A stretch of 64,000 nucleotides of DNA from Auanema rhodensis. Lineage: Eukaryota; Animalia; Nematoda. How positions within the stretch are numbered: the stretch's first letter is position 1; every line of letters starts with the position of its first letter. Both the position numbers and the translations under genes were made by a program. The DNA lies in contig OZ059895.1 in the NCBI GenBank assembly GCA_964057225.1, forward strand, positions 13,206,001-13,270,000, given 5' to 3'. Below are positions 1 to 14,606 of the stretch, piece after piece. A model generated the notes under the pieces. The model saw nothing but the letters and a program-made list of their open reading frames with translations, was not told the origin of the DNA and ran no database searches.

Positions 1-269
1 TTCCTCGATGATATCAAATCTTATGAGCTCCAAATACAATAAATTAAAAAAGGTTTCACAGTTGTATAGTGTTAAAACAATGTTTGTTTCAATAGGAAAT
101 AGATAGAAACAGTAAAGTTAAGATGAAGGTTCATAAACTACTGGTTTATAACTGTAATATAGAAATAAGATTGAAGATATTTTGATGCCTCGGGTTGAGC
201 TATCTAAGTAAAACTGCTAGAAAATTAAAAACATTTGTTACTGAAGAGATAAAATTGAAAATCAGCTGC

Positions 270-298
270 ATGGCGTACTTTCAACGTGGTATGATCGT
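270..298 (-). pseudogene. Duplicated 5' fragment of 5S (nt 5-33), 15 nt downstream of each full gene (representative)
   Basis: ACGATCATACCACGTTGAAAGTACGCCAT versus gene ACGACCATACCACGTTGAAAGTACGCCAT; the two copies are 130 bp apart. Confidence 0.93.
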
Positions 299-313
299 TA
301 AAAAAATTTGAAA

Positions 314-432
314 AGCTTACGGCACCCGGGATTCCCAAGCCGTCTCCGATTCAAGTACTAACCGGGCCCAACGTTGCTTGACTTGCCAGATCGGACGGGA
401 TGGCGTACTTTCAACGTGGTATGGTCGTAAGC
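314..432 (-). rRNA. 5S rRNA (representative left-arm copy)
   Basis: 119 nt GCTTACGACC...CCGTAAGCT, closely resembling C. elegans 5S; box A (AGTCAAGC) and box C (TG(G/A)ATCGGAGA) regions present; followed by an oligo-T terminator. Confidence 0.97.
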
Positions 433-3400
433 GAAAATACCTGATATTCAATGATTTACATACTTATCCTCGTTATTGTTTTTTTTCCAATTTCATGTTA
501 GTTATGTAATTTTCTACGTTACATCTAAATTCCTCGATGATATCAAATCTTATGAGCTCCAAATACAATAAATTAAAAAAGGTTTCACAGTTGTATAGTG
601 TTAAAACAATGTTTGTTTCAATAGGAAATAGATAGAAACAGTGAAGTTAAGATGAAGGTTCATAAACTACTGGTTTATAACTGTAATATAGAAATAAGAT
701 TGAAGATATTTTGATGCCTTGGGTTGAGCTATCTAAGTAAAACTGCTGGAAAATTAAAAACATTTGTTACGGAAGAGATAAAATTGAAAATCAGCTGCAT
801 TGCGTACTTTCAATGTGGTATGATCGTTAAAAAAATTTGAAAAGCTTACGGCACCCGGGATTCCCAAGCCGTCTCCGATCCAAGTACTAACCGGGCCCAA
901 CGTTGCTTGACTTGCCAGATCGGACGGGATGGCGTACTTTCAACGTGGTATGGTCGTAAGCGAAAATACCTGATATTCAATGATTTACATACTTATCCTC
1001 GTTATTGTTTTTTTTCCAATTTCATGTTAGTTATGTAGTTTTCTACGTTACATCTAAATTCCTCGATGATATCAAATCTTATGAGCTCCAAATACAATAA
1101 ATTAAAAAAGGTTTCACAGTTGTATAGTGTTAAAACAATGTTTGTTTCAATAGGAAATAGATAGAAACAGTAAAGTTAAGATGAAGGTTCATAAACTACT
1201 GGTTTATAACTGTAATATAGAAATAAGATTGAAGATATTTTGATGCCTCGGGTTGAGCTATCTAAGTAAAACTGCTGGAAAATTAAAAACATTTGTTACT
1301 GAAGAGATAAAATTGAAAATCAGCTGCATGGCGTACTTTCAACGTGGTATGATCGTTAAAAAAATTTGAAAAGCTTACGGCACCCGGGATTCCCAAGCCG
1401 TCTCCGATTCAAGTACTAACCGGGCCCAACGTTGCTTGACTTGCCAGATCGGACGGGATGGCGTACTTTCAACGTGGTATGGTCGTAAGCGAAAATACCT
1501 GATATTCAATGATTTACATATTTATCCTCGTTATTGTTTTTTTTCCAATTTCATGTTAGTTATGTAATTTTCTACGTTACATCTAAATTCCTCGATGATA
1601 TCAAATCTTATGAGCTCCAAATACAATAAATTAAAAAAGGTTTCACAGTTGTATAGTGTTAAAACAATGTTTGTTTCAATAGGAAATAGATAGAAACAGT
1701 AAAGTTAAGATGAAGGTTCATAAACTACTGGTTTATAACTGTAATATAGAAATAAGATTGAAGATATTTTGATGCCTCGGGTTGAGCTATCTAAGTAAAA
1801 CTGCTGGAAAATTAAAAACATTTGTTACTGAAGAGATAAAATTGAAAATCAGCTGCATGGCGTACTTTCAACGTGGTATGATCGTTAAAAAAATTTGAAA
1901 AGCTTACGGCACCCGGGATTCCCAAGCCGTCTCCGATCCAAGTACTAACCGGGCCCAACGTTGCTTGACTTGCCAGATCGGACGGGATGGCGTACTTTCA
2001 ACGTGGTATGGTCGTAAGCGAAAATACCTGATATTCAATGATTTACATACTTATCCTCGTTATTGTTTTTTTTCCAATTTCATGTTAGTTATGTAATTTT
2101 CTACGTTACATCTAAATTCCTCGATGATATCAAATCTTATGAGCTCCAAATACAATAAATTAAAAAAGGTTTCACAGTTGTATAGTGTTAAAACAATGTT
2201 TGTTTCAATAGGAAATAGATAGAAACAGTGAAGTTAAGATGAAGGTTCATAAACTACTGGTTTATAACTGTAATATAGAAATAAGATTGAAGATATTTTG
2301 ATGCCTTGGGTTGAGCTATCTAAGTAAAACTGCTGGAAAATTAAAAACATTTGTTACGGAAGAGATAAAATTGAAAATCAGCTGCATTGCGTACTTTCAA
2401 TGTGGTATGATCGTTAAAAAAATTTGAAAAGCTTACGGCACCCGGGATTCCCAAGCCGTCTCCGATCCAAGTACTAACCGGGCCCAACGTTGCTTGACTT
2501 GCCAGATCGGACGGGATGGCGTACTTTCAATGTGGTATGGTCGTAAGCGAAAATACCTGATATTCAATGATTTACATACTTATCCTCGTTATTGTTTTTT
2601 TTTCCAATTTCATGTTAGTTATGTAATTTTCTACGTTACATATAAATCCCTCGATGATATCAAATCTTAAGAGATCCAAATACAATAAATTAAAAAAGGT
2701 TTCACAGTTGTATAGTGTTTAAACAATGTTTGTTTCAATAGGAAATAGATAGAAACAGTAAAGTTAAGATGAAGGTTCATAAACTACTGGTTTATAACTG
2801 TAATATAGAAATAAGATTGAAGATATTTTGATGCCTTGGGTTGAGCTATCTAAGTAAAACTGCTGGAAAATTAAAAACATTTGTTACGGAAGAGATAAAA
2901 TTGAAAATCAGCTGCATTGCGTACTTTCAACGTGGTATGATCGTTAAAAAACTTTGAAAAGCTTACGGCACCCGGGATTCCCAAGCCGTCTCCGATCCAA
3001 GTACTAACCGGGCCCAACGTTGCTTGACTTGCCAGATCGGACGGGATGGCGTACTTTCAACGTGGTATGGTCGTAAGCGAAAATACCTGATATTCAATGA
3101 TTTACATACTTATCCTCGTTATTGTTTTTTTTCCAATTTCATGTTAGTTATGTAGTTTTCTACGTTACATCTAAATTCCTCGATGATATCAAATCTTATG
3201 AGCTCCAAATACAATAAATTAAAAAAGGTTTCACAGTTGTATAGTGTTAAAACAATGTTTGTTTCAATAGGAAATAGATAGAAACAGTAAAGTTAAGATG
3301 AAGGTTCATAAACTACTGGTTTATAACTGTAATATAGAAATAAGATTGAAGATATTTTGATGCCTCGGGTTGAGCTATCTAAGTAAAACTGCTGGAAAAT

Positions 3401-6400
3401 TAAAAACATTTGTTACTGAAGAGATAAAATTGAAAATCAGCTGCATGGCGTACTTTCAACGTGGTATGATCGTTAAAAAAATTTGAAAAGCTTACGGCAC
3501 CCGGGATTCCCAAGCCGTCTCCGATCCAAGTACTAACCGGGCCCAACGTTGCTTGACTTGCCAGATCGGACGGGATGGCGTACTTTCAACGTGGTATGGT
3601 CGTAAGCGAAAATACCTGATATTCAATGATTTACATACTTATCCTCGTTATTGTTTTTTTTCCAATTTCATGTTAGTTATGTAATTTTCTACGTTACATC
3701 TAAATTCCTCGATGATATCAAATCTTATGAGCTCCAAATACAATAAATTAAAAAAGGTTTCACAGTTGTATAGTGTTAAAACAATGTTTGTTTCAATAGG
3801 AAATAGATAGAAACAGTAAAGTTAAGATGAAGGTTCATAAACTACTGGTTTATAACTGTAATATAGAAATAAGATTGAAGATATTTTGATGCCTCGGGTT
3901 GAGCTATCTAAGTAAAACTGCTGGAAAATTAAAAACATTTGTTACTGAAGAGATAAAATTGAAAATCAGCTGCATGGCGTACTTTCAACGTGGTATGATC
4001 GTTAAAAAAATTTGAAAAGCTTACGGCACCCGGGATTCCCAAGCCGTCTCCGATCCAAGTACTAACCGGGCCCAACGTTGCTTGACTTGCCAGATCGGAC
4101 GGGATGGCGTACTTTCAACGTGGTATGGTCGTAAGCGAAAATACCTGATATTCAATGATTTACATACTTATCCTCGTTATTGTTTTTTTTCCAATTTCAT
4201 GTTAGTTATGTAATTTTCTACGTTACATCTAAATTCCTCGATGATATCAAATCTTATGAGCTCCAAATACAATAAATTAAAAAAGGTTTCACAGTTGTAT
4301 AGTGTTAAAACAATGTTTGTTTCAATAGGAAATAGATAGAAACAGTGAAGTTAAGATGAAGGTTCATAAACTACTGGTTTATAACTGTAATATAGAAATA
4401 AGATTGAAGATATTTTGATGCCTTGGGTTGAGCTATCTAAGTAAAACTGCTGGAAAATTAAAAACATTTGTTACGGAAGAGATAAAATTGAAAATCAGCT
4501 GCATTGCGTACTTTCAATGTGGTATGATCGTTAAAAAAATTTGAAAAGCTTACGGCACCCGGGATTCCCAAGCCGTCTCCGATCCAAGTACTAACCGGGC
4601 CCAACGTTGCTTGACTTGCCAGATCGGACGGGATGGCGTACTTTCAACGTGGTATGGTCGTAAGCGAAAATACCTGATATTCAATGATTTACATACTTAT
4701 CCTCGTTATTGTTTTTTTTTCCAATTTCATGTTAGTTATGTAATTTTCTACGTTACATATAAATCCCTCGATGATATCAAATCTTAAGAGATCCAAATAC
4801 AATAAATTAAAAAAGGTTTCACAGTTGTATAGTGTTTAAACAATGTTTGTTTCAATAGTAAATAGATAGAAACAGTAAAGTTAAGATGAAGGTTCATAAA
4901 CTACTGGTTTATAACTGTAATATAGAAATAAGATTGAAGATATTTTGATGCCTTGGGTTGAGCTATCTAAGTAAAACTGCTGGAAAATTAAAAACATTTG
5001 TTACGGAAGAGATAAAATTGAAAATCAGCTGCATTGCGTACTTTCAACGTGGTATGATCGTTAAAAAAATTTGAAAAGCTTACGGCACCCGGGATTCCCA
5101 AGCCGTCTCCGATCCAAGTACTAACCGGGCCCAACGTTGCTTGACTTGCCAGATCGGACGGGATGGCGTACTTTCAACGTGGTATGGTCGTAAGCGAAAA
5201 TACCTGATATTCAATGATTTACATACTTATCCTCGTTATTGTTTTTTTTCCAATTTCATGTTAGTTATGTAGTTTTCTACGTTACATCTAAATTCCTCGA
5301 TGATATCAAATCTTATGAGCTCCAAATACAATAAATTAAAAAAGGTTTCACAGTTGTATAGTGTTAAAACAATGTTTGTTTCAATAGGAAATAGATAGAA
5401 ACAGTAAAGTTAAGATGAAGGTTCATAAACTACTGGTTTATAACTGTAATATAGAAATAAGATTGAAGATATTTTGATGCCTCGGGTTGAGCTATCTAAG
5501 TAAAACTGCTGGAAAATTAAAAACATTTGTTACTGAAGAGATAAAATTGAAAATCAGCTGCATGGCGTACTTTCAACGTGGTATGATCGTTAAAAAAATT
5601 TGAAAAGCTTACGGCACCCGGGATTCCCAAGCCGTCTCCGATCCAAGTACTAACCGGGCCCAACGTTGCTTGACTTGCCAGATCGGACGGGATGGCGTAC
5701 TTTCAACGTGGTATGGTCGTAAGCGAAAATACCTGATATTCAATGATTTACATACTTATCCTCGTTATTGTTTTTTTTCCAATTTCATGTTAGTTATGTA
5801 GTTTTCTACGTTACATCTAAATTCCTCGATGATATCAAATCTTATGAGCTCCAAATACAATAAATTAAAAAAGGTTTCACAGTTGTATAGTGTTAAAACA
5901 ATGTTTGTTTCAATAGGAAATAGATAGAAACAGTAAAGTTAAGATGAAGGTTCATAAACTACTGGTTTATAACTGTAATATAGAAATAAGATTGAAGATA
6001 TTTTGATGCCTCGGGTTGAGCTATCTAAGTAAAACTGCTGGAAAATTAAAAACATTTGTTACTGAAGAGATAAAATTGAAAATCAGCTGCATGGCGTACT
6101 TTCAACGTGGTATGATCGTTAAAAAAATTTGAAAAGCTTACGGCACCCGGGATTCCCAAGCCGTCTCCGATCCAAGTACTAACCGGGCCCAACGTTGCTT
6201 GACTTGCCAGATCGGACGGGATGGCGTACTTTCAACGTGGTATGGTCGTAAGCGAAAATACCTGATATTCAATGATTTACATACTTATCCTCGTTATTGT
6301 TTTTTTTCCAATTTCATGTTAGTTATGTAATTTTCTACGTTACATCTAAATTCCTCGATGATATCAAATCTTATGAGCTCCAAATACAATAAATTAAAAA

Positions 6401-9400
6401 AGGTTTCACAGTTGTATAGTGTTAAAACAATGTTTGTTTCAATAGGAAATAGATAGAAACAGTAAAGTTAAGATGAAGGTTCATAAACTACTGGTTTATA
6501 ACTGTAATATAGAAATAAGATTGAAGATATTTTGATGCCTCGGGTTGAGCTATCTAAGTAAAACTGCTGGAAAATTAAAAACATTTGTTACTGAAGAGAT
6601 AAAATTGAAAATCAGCTGCATGGCGTACTTTCAACGTGGTATGATCGTTAAAAAAATTTGAAAAGCTTACGGCACCCGGGATTCCCAAGCCGTCTCCGAT
6701 CCAAGTACTAACCGGGCCCAACGTTGCTTGACTTGCCAGATCGGACGGGATGGCGTACTTTCAACGTGGTATGGTCGTAAGCGAAAATACCTGATATTCA
6801 ATGATTTACATACTTATCCTCGTTATTGTTTTTTTTCCAATTTCATGTTAGTTATGTAATTTTCTACGTTACATCTAAATTCCTCGATGATATCAAATCT
6901 TATGAGCTCCAAATACAATAAATTAAAAAAGGTTTCACAGTTGTATAGTGTTAAAACAATGTTTGTTTCAATAGGAAATAGATAGAAACAGTGAAGTTAA
7001 GATGAAGGTTCATAAACTACTGGTTTATAACTGTAATATAGAAATAAGATTGAAGATATTTTGATGCCTTGGGTTGAGCTATCTAAGTAAAACTGCTGGA
7101 AAATTAAAAACATTTGTTACGGAAGAGATAAAATTGAAAATCAGCTGCATTGCGTACTTTCAATGTGGTATGATCGTTAAAAAAATTTGAAAAGCTTACG
7201 GCACCCGGGATTCCCAAGCCGTCTCCGATCCAAGTACTAACCGGGCCCAACGTTGCTTGACTTGCCAGATCGGACGGGATGGCGTACTTTCAACGTGGTA
7301 TGGTCGTAAGCGAAAATACCTGATATTCAATGATTTACATACTTATCCTCGTTATTGTTTTTTTTTCCAATTTCATGTTAGTTATGTAATTTTCTACGTT
7401 ACATATAAATCCCTCGATGATATCAAATCTTAAGAGATCCAAATACAATAAATTAAAAAAGGTTTCACAGTTGTATAGTGTTTAAACAATGTTTGTTTCA
7501 ATAGTAAATAGATAGAAACAGTAAAGTTAAGATGAAGGTTCATAAACTACTGGTTTATAACTGTAATATAGAAATAAGATTGAAGATATTTTGATGCCTT
7601 GGGTTGAGCTATCTAAGTAAAACTGCTGGAAAATTAAAAACATTTGTTACGGAAGAGATAAAATTGAAAATCAGCTGCATTGCGTACTTTCAACGTGGTA
7701 TGATCGTTAAAAAAATTTGAAAAGCTTACGGCACCCGGGATTCCCAAGCCGTCTCCGATCCAAGTACTAACCGGGCCCAACGTTGCTTGACTTGCCAGAT
7801 CGGACGGGATGGCGTACTTTCAACGTGGTATGGTCGTAAGCGAAAATACCTGATATTCAATGATTTACATACTTATCCTCGTTATTGTTTTTTTTCCAAT
7901 TTCATGTTAGTTATGTAGTTTTCTACGTTACATCTAAATTCCTCGATGATATCAAATCTTATGAGCTCCAAATACAATAAATTAAAAAAGGTTTCACAGT
8001 TGTATAGTGTTAAAACAATGTTTGTTTCAATAGGAAATAGATAGAAACAGTAAAGTTAAGATGAAGGTTCATAAACTACTGGTTTATAACTGTAATATAG
8101 AAATAAGATTGAAGATATTTTGATGCCTCGGGTTGAGCTATCTAAGTAAAACTGCTGGAAAATTAAAAACATTTGTTACTGAAGAGATAAAATTGAAAAT
8201 CAGCTGCATGGCGTACTTTCAACGTGGTATGATCGTTAAAAAAATTTGAAAAGCTTACGGCACCCGGGATTCCCAAGCCGTCTCCGATCCAAGTACTAAC
8301 CGGGCCCAACGTTGCTTGACTTGCCAGATCGGACGGGATGGCGTACTTTCAACGTGGTATGGTCGTAAGCGAAAATACCTGATATTCAATGATTTACATA
8401 CTTATCCTCGTTATTGTTTTTTTTCCAATTTCATGTTAGTTATGTAGTTTTCTACGTTACATCTAAATTCCTCGATGATATCAAATCTTATGAGCTCCAA
8501 ATACAATAAATTAAAAAAGGTTTCACAGTTGTATAGTGTTAAAACAATGTTTGTTTCAATAGGAAATAGATAGAAACAGTAAAGTTAAGATGAAGGTTCA
8601 TAAACTACTGGTTTATAACTGTAATATAGAAATAAGATTGAAGATTTTTTGATGCCTCGGGTTGAGCTATCTAAGTAAAACTGCTGGAAAATTAAAAACA
8701 TTTGTTACTGAAGAGATAAAATTGAAAATCAGCTGCATGGCGTACTTTCAACGTGGTATGATCGTTAAAAAAATTTGAAAAGCTTACGGCACCCGGGATT
8801 CCCAAGCCGTCTCCGATTCAAGTACTAACCGGGCCCAACGTTGCTTGACTTGCCAGATCGGACGGGATGGCGTACTTTCAACGTGGTATGGTCGTAAGCG
8901 AAAATACCTGATATTCAATGATTTACATACTTATCCTCGTTATTGTTTTTTTTCCAATTTCATGTTAGTTATGTAGTTTTCTACGTTACATCTAAATTCC
9001 TCGATGATATCAAATCTTATGAGCTCCAAATACAATAAATTAAAAAAGGTTTCACAGTTGTATAGTGTTAAAACAATGTTTGTTTCAATAGGAAATAGAT
9101 AGAAACAGTAAAGTTAAGATGAAGGTTCATAAACTACTGGTTTATAACTGTAATATAGAAATAAGATTGAAGATATTTTGATGCCTCGGGTTGAGCTATC
9201 TAAGTAAAACTGCTGGAAAATTAAAAACATTTGTTACTGAAGAGATAAAATTGAAAATCAGCTGCATGGCGTACTTTCAACGTGGTATGATCGTTAAAAA
9301 AATTTGAAAAGCTTACGGCACCCGGCATTCCCAAGCCGTCTCCGATCCAAGTACTAACCGCGCCCAACGTTGCTTGACTTGCCAGATCGGACGGGATGGC

Positions 9401-9428
9401 GTACTTTCAACGTGGTATGGTCGTAAGC

Positions 9429-9827
9429 GAAAATACCTGATATTCAATGATTTACATACTTATCCTCGTTATTGTTTTTTTTCCAATTTCATGTTAGTTA
9501 TGTAATTTTCTACGTTACATCTAAATTCCTCGATGATATCAAATCTTATGAGCTCCAAATACAATAAATTAAAAAAGGTTTCACAGTTGTATAGTGTTAA
9601 AACAATGTTTGTTTCAATAGGAAATAGATAGAAACAGTAAAGTTAAGATGAAGGTTCATAAACTACTGGTTTATAACTGTAATATAGAAATAAGATTGAA
9701 GATATTTTGATGCCTTGGGTTGAGCTATCTAAGTAAAACTGCTGGAAAATTAAAAACATTTGTTACGGAAGAGATAAAATTGAAAATCAGCTGCATGGCG
9801 TACTTTCAACGTGGTATGGTCGTAAGC
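9429..9827 (-). pseudogene. Single 399-bp unit retaining only 5S nt 1-33
   Basis: ...cagctgcatggcgtac...ggtcgtaagc with the 130 bp containing 5S nt 34-119 missing. Confidence 0.93.
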
Positions 9828-11414
9828 GAAAAAATCTGATATTCAATGATTTACATACTTATCCTCGTTATTGTTTTTTTTCCAATTTCATGTTAGTTAT
9901 GTAATTTTCTACGTTACATCTAAATTCCTCGATGATATCAAATCTTATGAGCTCCAAATACAATAAATTAAAAAAGGTTTCACAGTTGTATAGTGTTAAA
10001 ACAATGTTTGTTTCAATAGGAAATAGATAGAAACAGTAAAGTTAAGATGAAGGTTCATAAACTACTGGTTTATAACTGTAATGTAGAAATAAGATTGAAG
10101 ATATTTTGATGCCTTGGGTTGAGCTATCTAAGTAAAACTGCTGGAAAATTAAAAACATTTGTTACGGAAGAGATAAAATTGAAAATCAGCTGCATTGCGT
10201 ACTTTCAATGTGGTATGATCGTTAAAAAAATTTGAAAAGCTTACGGCACCCGGGATTCCCAAGCCGTCTCCGATCCAAGTACTAACCGGGCCCAACGTTG
10301 CTTGACTTGCCAGATCGGACGGGATGGCGTACTTTCAACGTGGTATGGTCGTAAGCGAAAATACCTGATATTCAATGATTTACATACTTATCCTCGTTAT
10401 TGTTTTTTTTCCAATTTCATGTTAGTTATGTAATTTTCTACGTTACATCTAAATTCCTCGATGATATCAAATCTTATGAGCTCCAAATACAATAAATTAA
10501 AAAAGGTTTCACAGTTGTATAGTGTTAAAACAATGTTTGTTTCAATAGGAAATAGATAGAAACAGTAAAGTTAAGATGAAGGTTCATAAACTACTGGTTT
10601 ATAACTGTAATATAGAAATAAGATTGAAGATATTTTGATGCCTTGGGTTGAGCTATCTAAGTAAAACTGCTGGAAAATTAAAAACATTTGTTACTGAAGA
10701 GATAAATTTGAAAATCAGCTGCATGGCGTACTTTCAACGTGGTATGATCGTTAAAAAAGTTTGAAAAGCTTACGGCACCCGGGATTCCCAAGCCGTCTCC
10801 GATTCAAGTACTAACCGGGCCCAACGTTGCTTGACTTGCCAGATCGGACGGGATGGCGTACTTTCAACGTGGTATGGTCGTAAGCGAAAATACCTGATAT
10901 TCAATGATTTACATACTTATCCTCGTTATTGTTTTTTTTCCAATTTCATGTTAGTTATGTAATTTTCTACGTTACATCTAAATTCCTCGATGATATCAAA
11001 TCTTATGAGCTCCAAATACAATAAATTAAAAAAGGTTTCACAGTTGTATAGTGTTAAAACAATGTTTGTTTCAATAGGAAATAGATAGAAACAGTAAAGT
11101 TAAGATGAAGGTTCATAAACTACTGGTTTATAACTGTAATATAGAAATAAGATTGAAGATATTTTGATGCCTCGGGTTGAGCTATCTAAGTAAAACTGCT
11201 GGAAAATTAAAAACATTTGTTACTGAAGAGATAAAATTGAAAATCAGCTGCATGGCGTACTTTCAACGTGGTATGATCGTTAAAAAAATTTGAAAAGCTT
11301 ACGGCACCCGGGATTCCCAAGCCGTCTCCGATCCAAGTACTAACCGGGCCCAACGTTGCTTGACTTGCAAGATCGGACGGGATGGCGTACTTTCAACGTG
11401 GTATGGTCGTAAGC

Positions 11415-14400
11415 GAAAATACCTGATATTCAATGATTTACATACTTATCCTCGTTATTGTTTTTTTTCCAATTTCATGTTAGTTATGTAATTTTCTACG
11501 TTACATCTAAATTCCTCGATGATATCAAATCTTATGAGCTCCAAATACAATAAATTAAAAAAGGTTTCACAGTTGTATAGTGTTAAAACAATGTTTGTTT
11601 CAATAGGAAATAGATAGAAACAGTAAAGTTAAGATGAAGGTTCATAAACTACTGGTTTATAACTGTAATATAGAAATAAGATTGAAGATATTTTGATGCC
11701 TTGGGTTGAGCTATCTAAGTAAAACTGCTGGAAAATTAAAAACATTTGTTACGGAAGAGATAAAATTGAAAATCAGCTGCATGGCGTACTTTCAACGTGG
11801 TATGGTCGTAAGCGAAAAAATCTGATATTCAATGATTTACATACTTATCCTCGTTATTGTTTTTTTTCCAATTTCATGTTAGTTATGTAATTTTCTACGT
11901 TACATCTAAACTCCTCGATGATATCAAATCTTATGAGCTCCAAATACAATAAATTAAAAAAGGTTTCACAGTTGTATAGTGTTTAAACAATGTTTGTTTC
12001 AATAGAAAATAGATAGAAACAGTAAAGTTAAGATGAAGGTTCATAAACTACTGGTTTATAACTGTAGTATAGAAATAAGATTGAAGATATTTTGATGCCT
12101 TGGGTTGAGCTATCTAAGTAAAACTGCTGGAAAATTAAAAACATTTGTTACGGAAGAGATAAAATTGAAAATCAGCTGCATTGCGTACTTTCAACGTGGT
12201 ATGGTCGTAAGCGAAAATACCTGATATTCAATGATTTACATACTTATCCTCGTTATTGTTTTTTTTCCAATTTCATGTTAGTTATGTAATTTTCTACGTT
12301 ACATCTAAATTCCTCGATGATATCAAATCTTATGTGCTCCAAATACAATAAATTAAAAAAGGTTTCACAGTTGTATAGTGTTAAAACAATGTTTGTTTCA
12401 ATAGGAAATAGATAGAAACAGTAAAGTTAAGATGAAGGTTCATAAACTACTGGTTTATAACTGTAATATAGAAATAAGATTGAAGATATTTTGATGCCTT
12501 GGGTTGAGCTATCTAAGTAAAACTGCTGGAAAATTAAAAACATTTGTTACGGAAGAGATAAAATTGAAAATCAGCTGCATGGCGTACTTTCAACGTGGTA
12601 TGGTCGTAAGCGAAAAAATCTGATATTCAATGATTTACATACTTATCCTCGTTATTGTTTTTTTTCCAATTTCATGTTAGTTATGTAATTTTCTACGTTA
12701 CATCTAAACTCCTCGATGATATCAAATCTTATGAGCTCCAAATACAATAAATTAAAAAAGGTTTCACAGTTGTATAGTGTTTAAACAATGTTTGTTTCAA
12801 TAGAAAATAGATAGAAACAGTAAAGTTAAGATGAAGGTTCATAAACTACTGGTTTATAACTGTAGTATAGAAATAAGATTGAAGATATTTTGATGCCTTG
12901 GGTTGAGCTATCTAAGTAAAACTGCTGGAAAATTAAAAACATTTGTTACGGAAGAGATAAAATTGAAAATCAGCTGCATTGCGTACTTTCAACGTGGTAT
13001 GGTCGTAAGCGAAAATACCTGATATTCAATGATTTACATACTTATCCTCGTTATTGTTTTTTTTCCAATTTCATGTTAGTTATGTAATTTTCTACGTTAC
13101 ATCTAAATTCCTCGATGATATCAAATCTTATGTGCTCCAAATACAATAAATTAAAAAAGGTTTCACAGTTGTATAGTGTTAAAACAATGTTTGTTTCAAT
13201 AGAAAATAGATAGAAACAGTAAAGTTAAGATGAAGGTTCATAAACTACTGGTTTATAACTGTAGTATAGAAATAAGATTGAAGATATTTTGATGCCTTGG
13301 GTTGAGCTATCTAAGTAAAACTGCTGGAAAATTAAAAACATTTGTTACGGAAGAGATAAAATTGAAAATCAGCTGCATTGCGTACTTTCAACGTGGTATG
13401 GTCGTAAGCGAAAATACCTGATATTCAATGATTTACATACTTATCCTCGTTATTGTTTTTTTTCCAATTTCATGTTAGTTATGTAATTTTCTACGTTACA
13501 TCTAAATTCCTCGATGATATCAAATCTTATGTGCTCCAAATACAATAAATTAAAAAAGGTTTCACAGTTGTATAGTGTTAAAACAATGTTTGTTTCAATA
13601 GGAAATAGATAGAAACAGTAAAGTTAAGATGAAGGTTCATAAACTACTGGTTTATAACTGTAATATAGAAATAAGATTGAAGATATTTTGATGCCTTGGG
13701 TTGAGCTATCTAAGTAAAACTGCTGGAAAATTAAAAACATTTGTTACGGAAGAGATAAAATTGAAAATCAGCTGCATGGCGTACTTTCAACGTGGTATGG
13801 TCGTAAGCGAAAAAATCTGATATTCAATGATTTACATACTTATCCTCGTTATTGTTTTTTTTCCAATTTCATGTTAGTTATGTAATTTTCTACGTTACAT
13901 CTAAACTCCTCGATGATATCAAATCTTATGAGCTCCAAATACAATAAATTAAAAAAGGTTTCACAGTTGTATAGTGTTTAAACAATGTTTGTTTCAATAG
14001 AAAATAGATAGAAACAGTAAAGTTAAGATGAAGGTTCATAAACTACTGGTTTATAACTGTAGTATAGAAATAAGATTGAAGATATTTTGATGCCTTGGGT
14101 TGAGCTATCTAAGTAAAACTGCTGGAAAATTAAAAACATTTGTTACGGAAGAGATAAAATTGAAAATCAGCTGCATTGCGTACTTTCAACGTGGTATGGT
14201 CGTAAGCGAAAATACCTGATATTCAATGATTTACATACTTATCCTCGTTATTGTTTTTTTTCCAATTTCATGTTAGTTATGTAATTTTCTACGTTACATC
14301 TAAATTCCTCGATGATATCAAATCTTATGTGCTCCAAATACAATAAATTAAAAAAGGTTTCACAGTTGTATAGTGTTAAAACAATGTTTGTTTCAATAGA

Positions 14401-14606
14401 AAATAGATAGAAACAGTAAAGTTAAGATGAAGGTTCATAAACTACTGGTTTATAACTGTAGTATAGAAATAAGATTGAAGATATTTTGATGCCTTGGGTT
14501 GAGCTATCTAAGTAAAACTGCTGGAAAATTAAAAACATTTGTTACGGAAGAGATAAAATTGAAAATCAGCTGCATTGCGTACTTTCAACGTGGTATGGTC
14601 GTAAGC
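11415..14606 (-). repeat. Eight consecutive 399-bp 5S-deleted units
   Basis: Fragment recurs at ~11781, 12180, 12579, 12978, 13377, 13776, 14175 and 14574 with no internal control region. Confidence 0.93.

Noticed and set aside
433-842. SL1 spliced-leader RNA gene in the 5S spacer, as in many nematodes
   Set aside because: No GGTTTAATTACCCAAGTTTGAG on either strand; the GGTTT starts present are not followed by a 22-nt leader plus GT donor and Sm site. A highly divergent SL cannot be excluded without an Infernal search.
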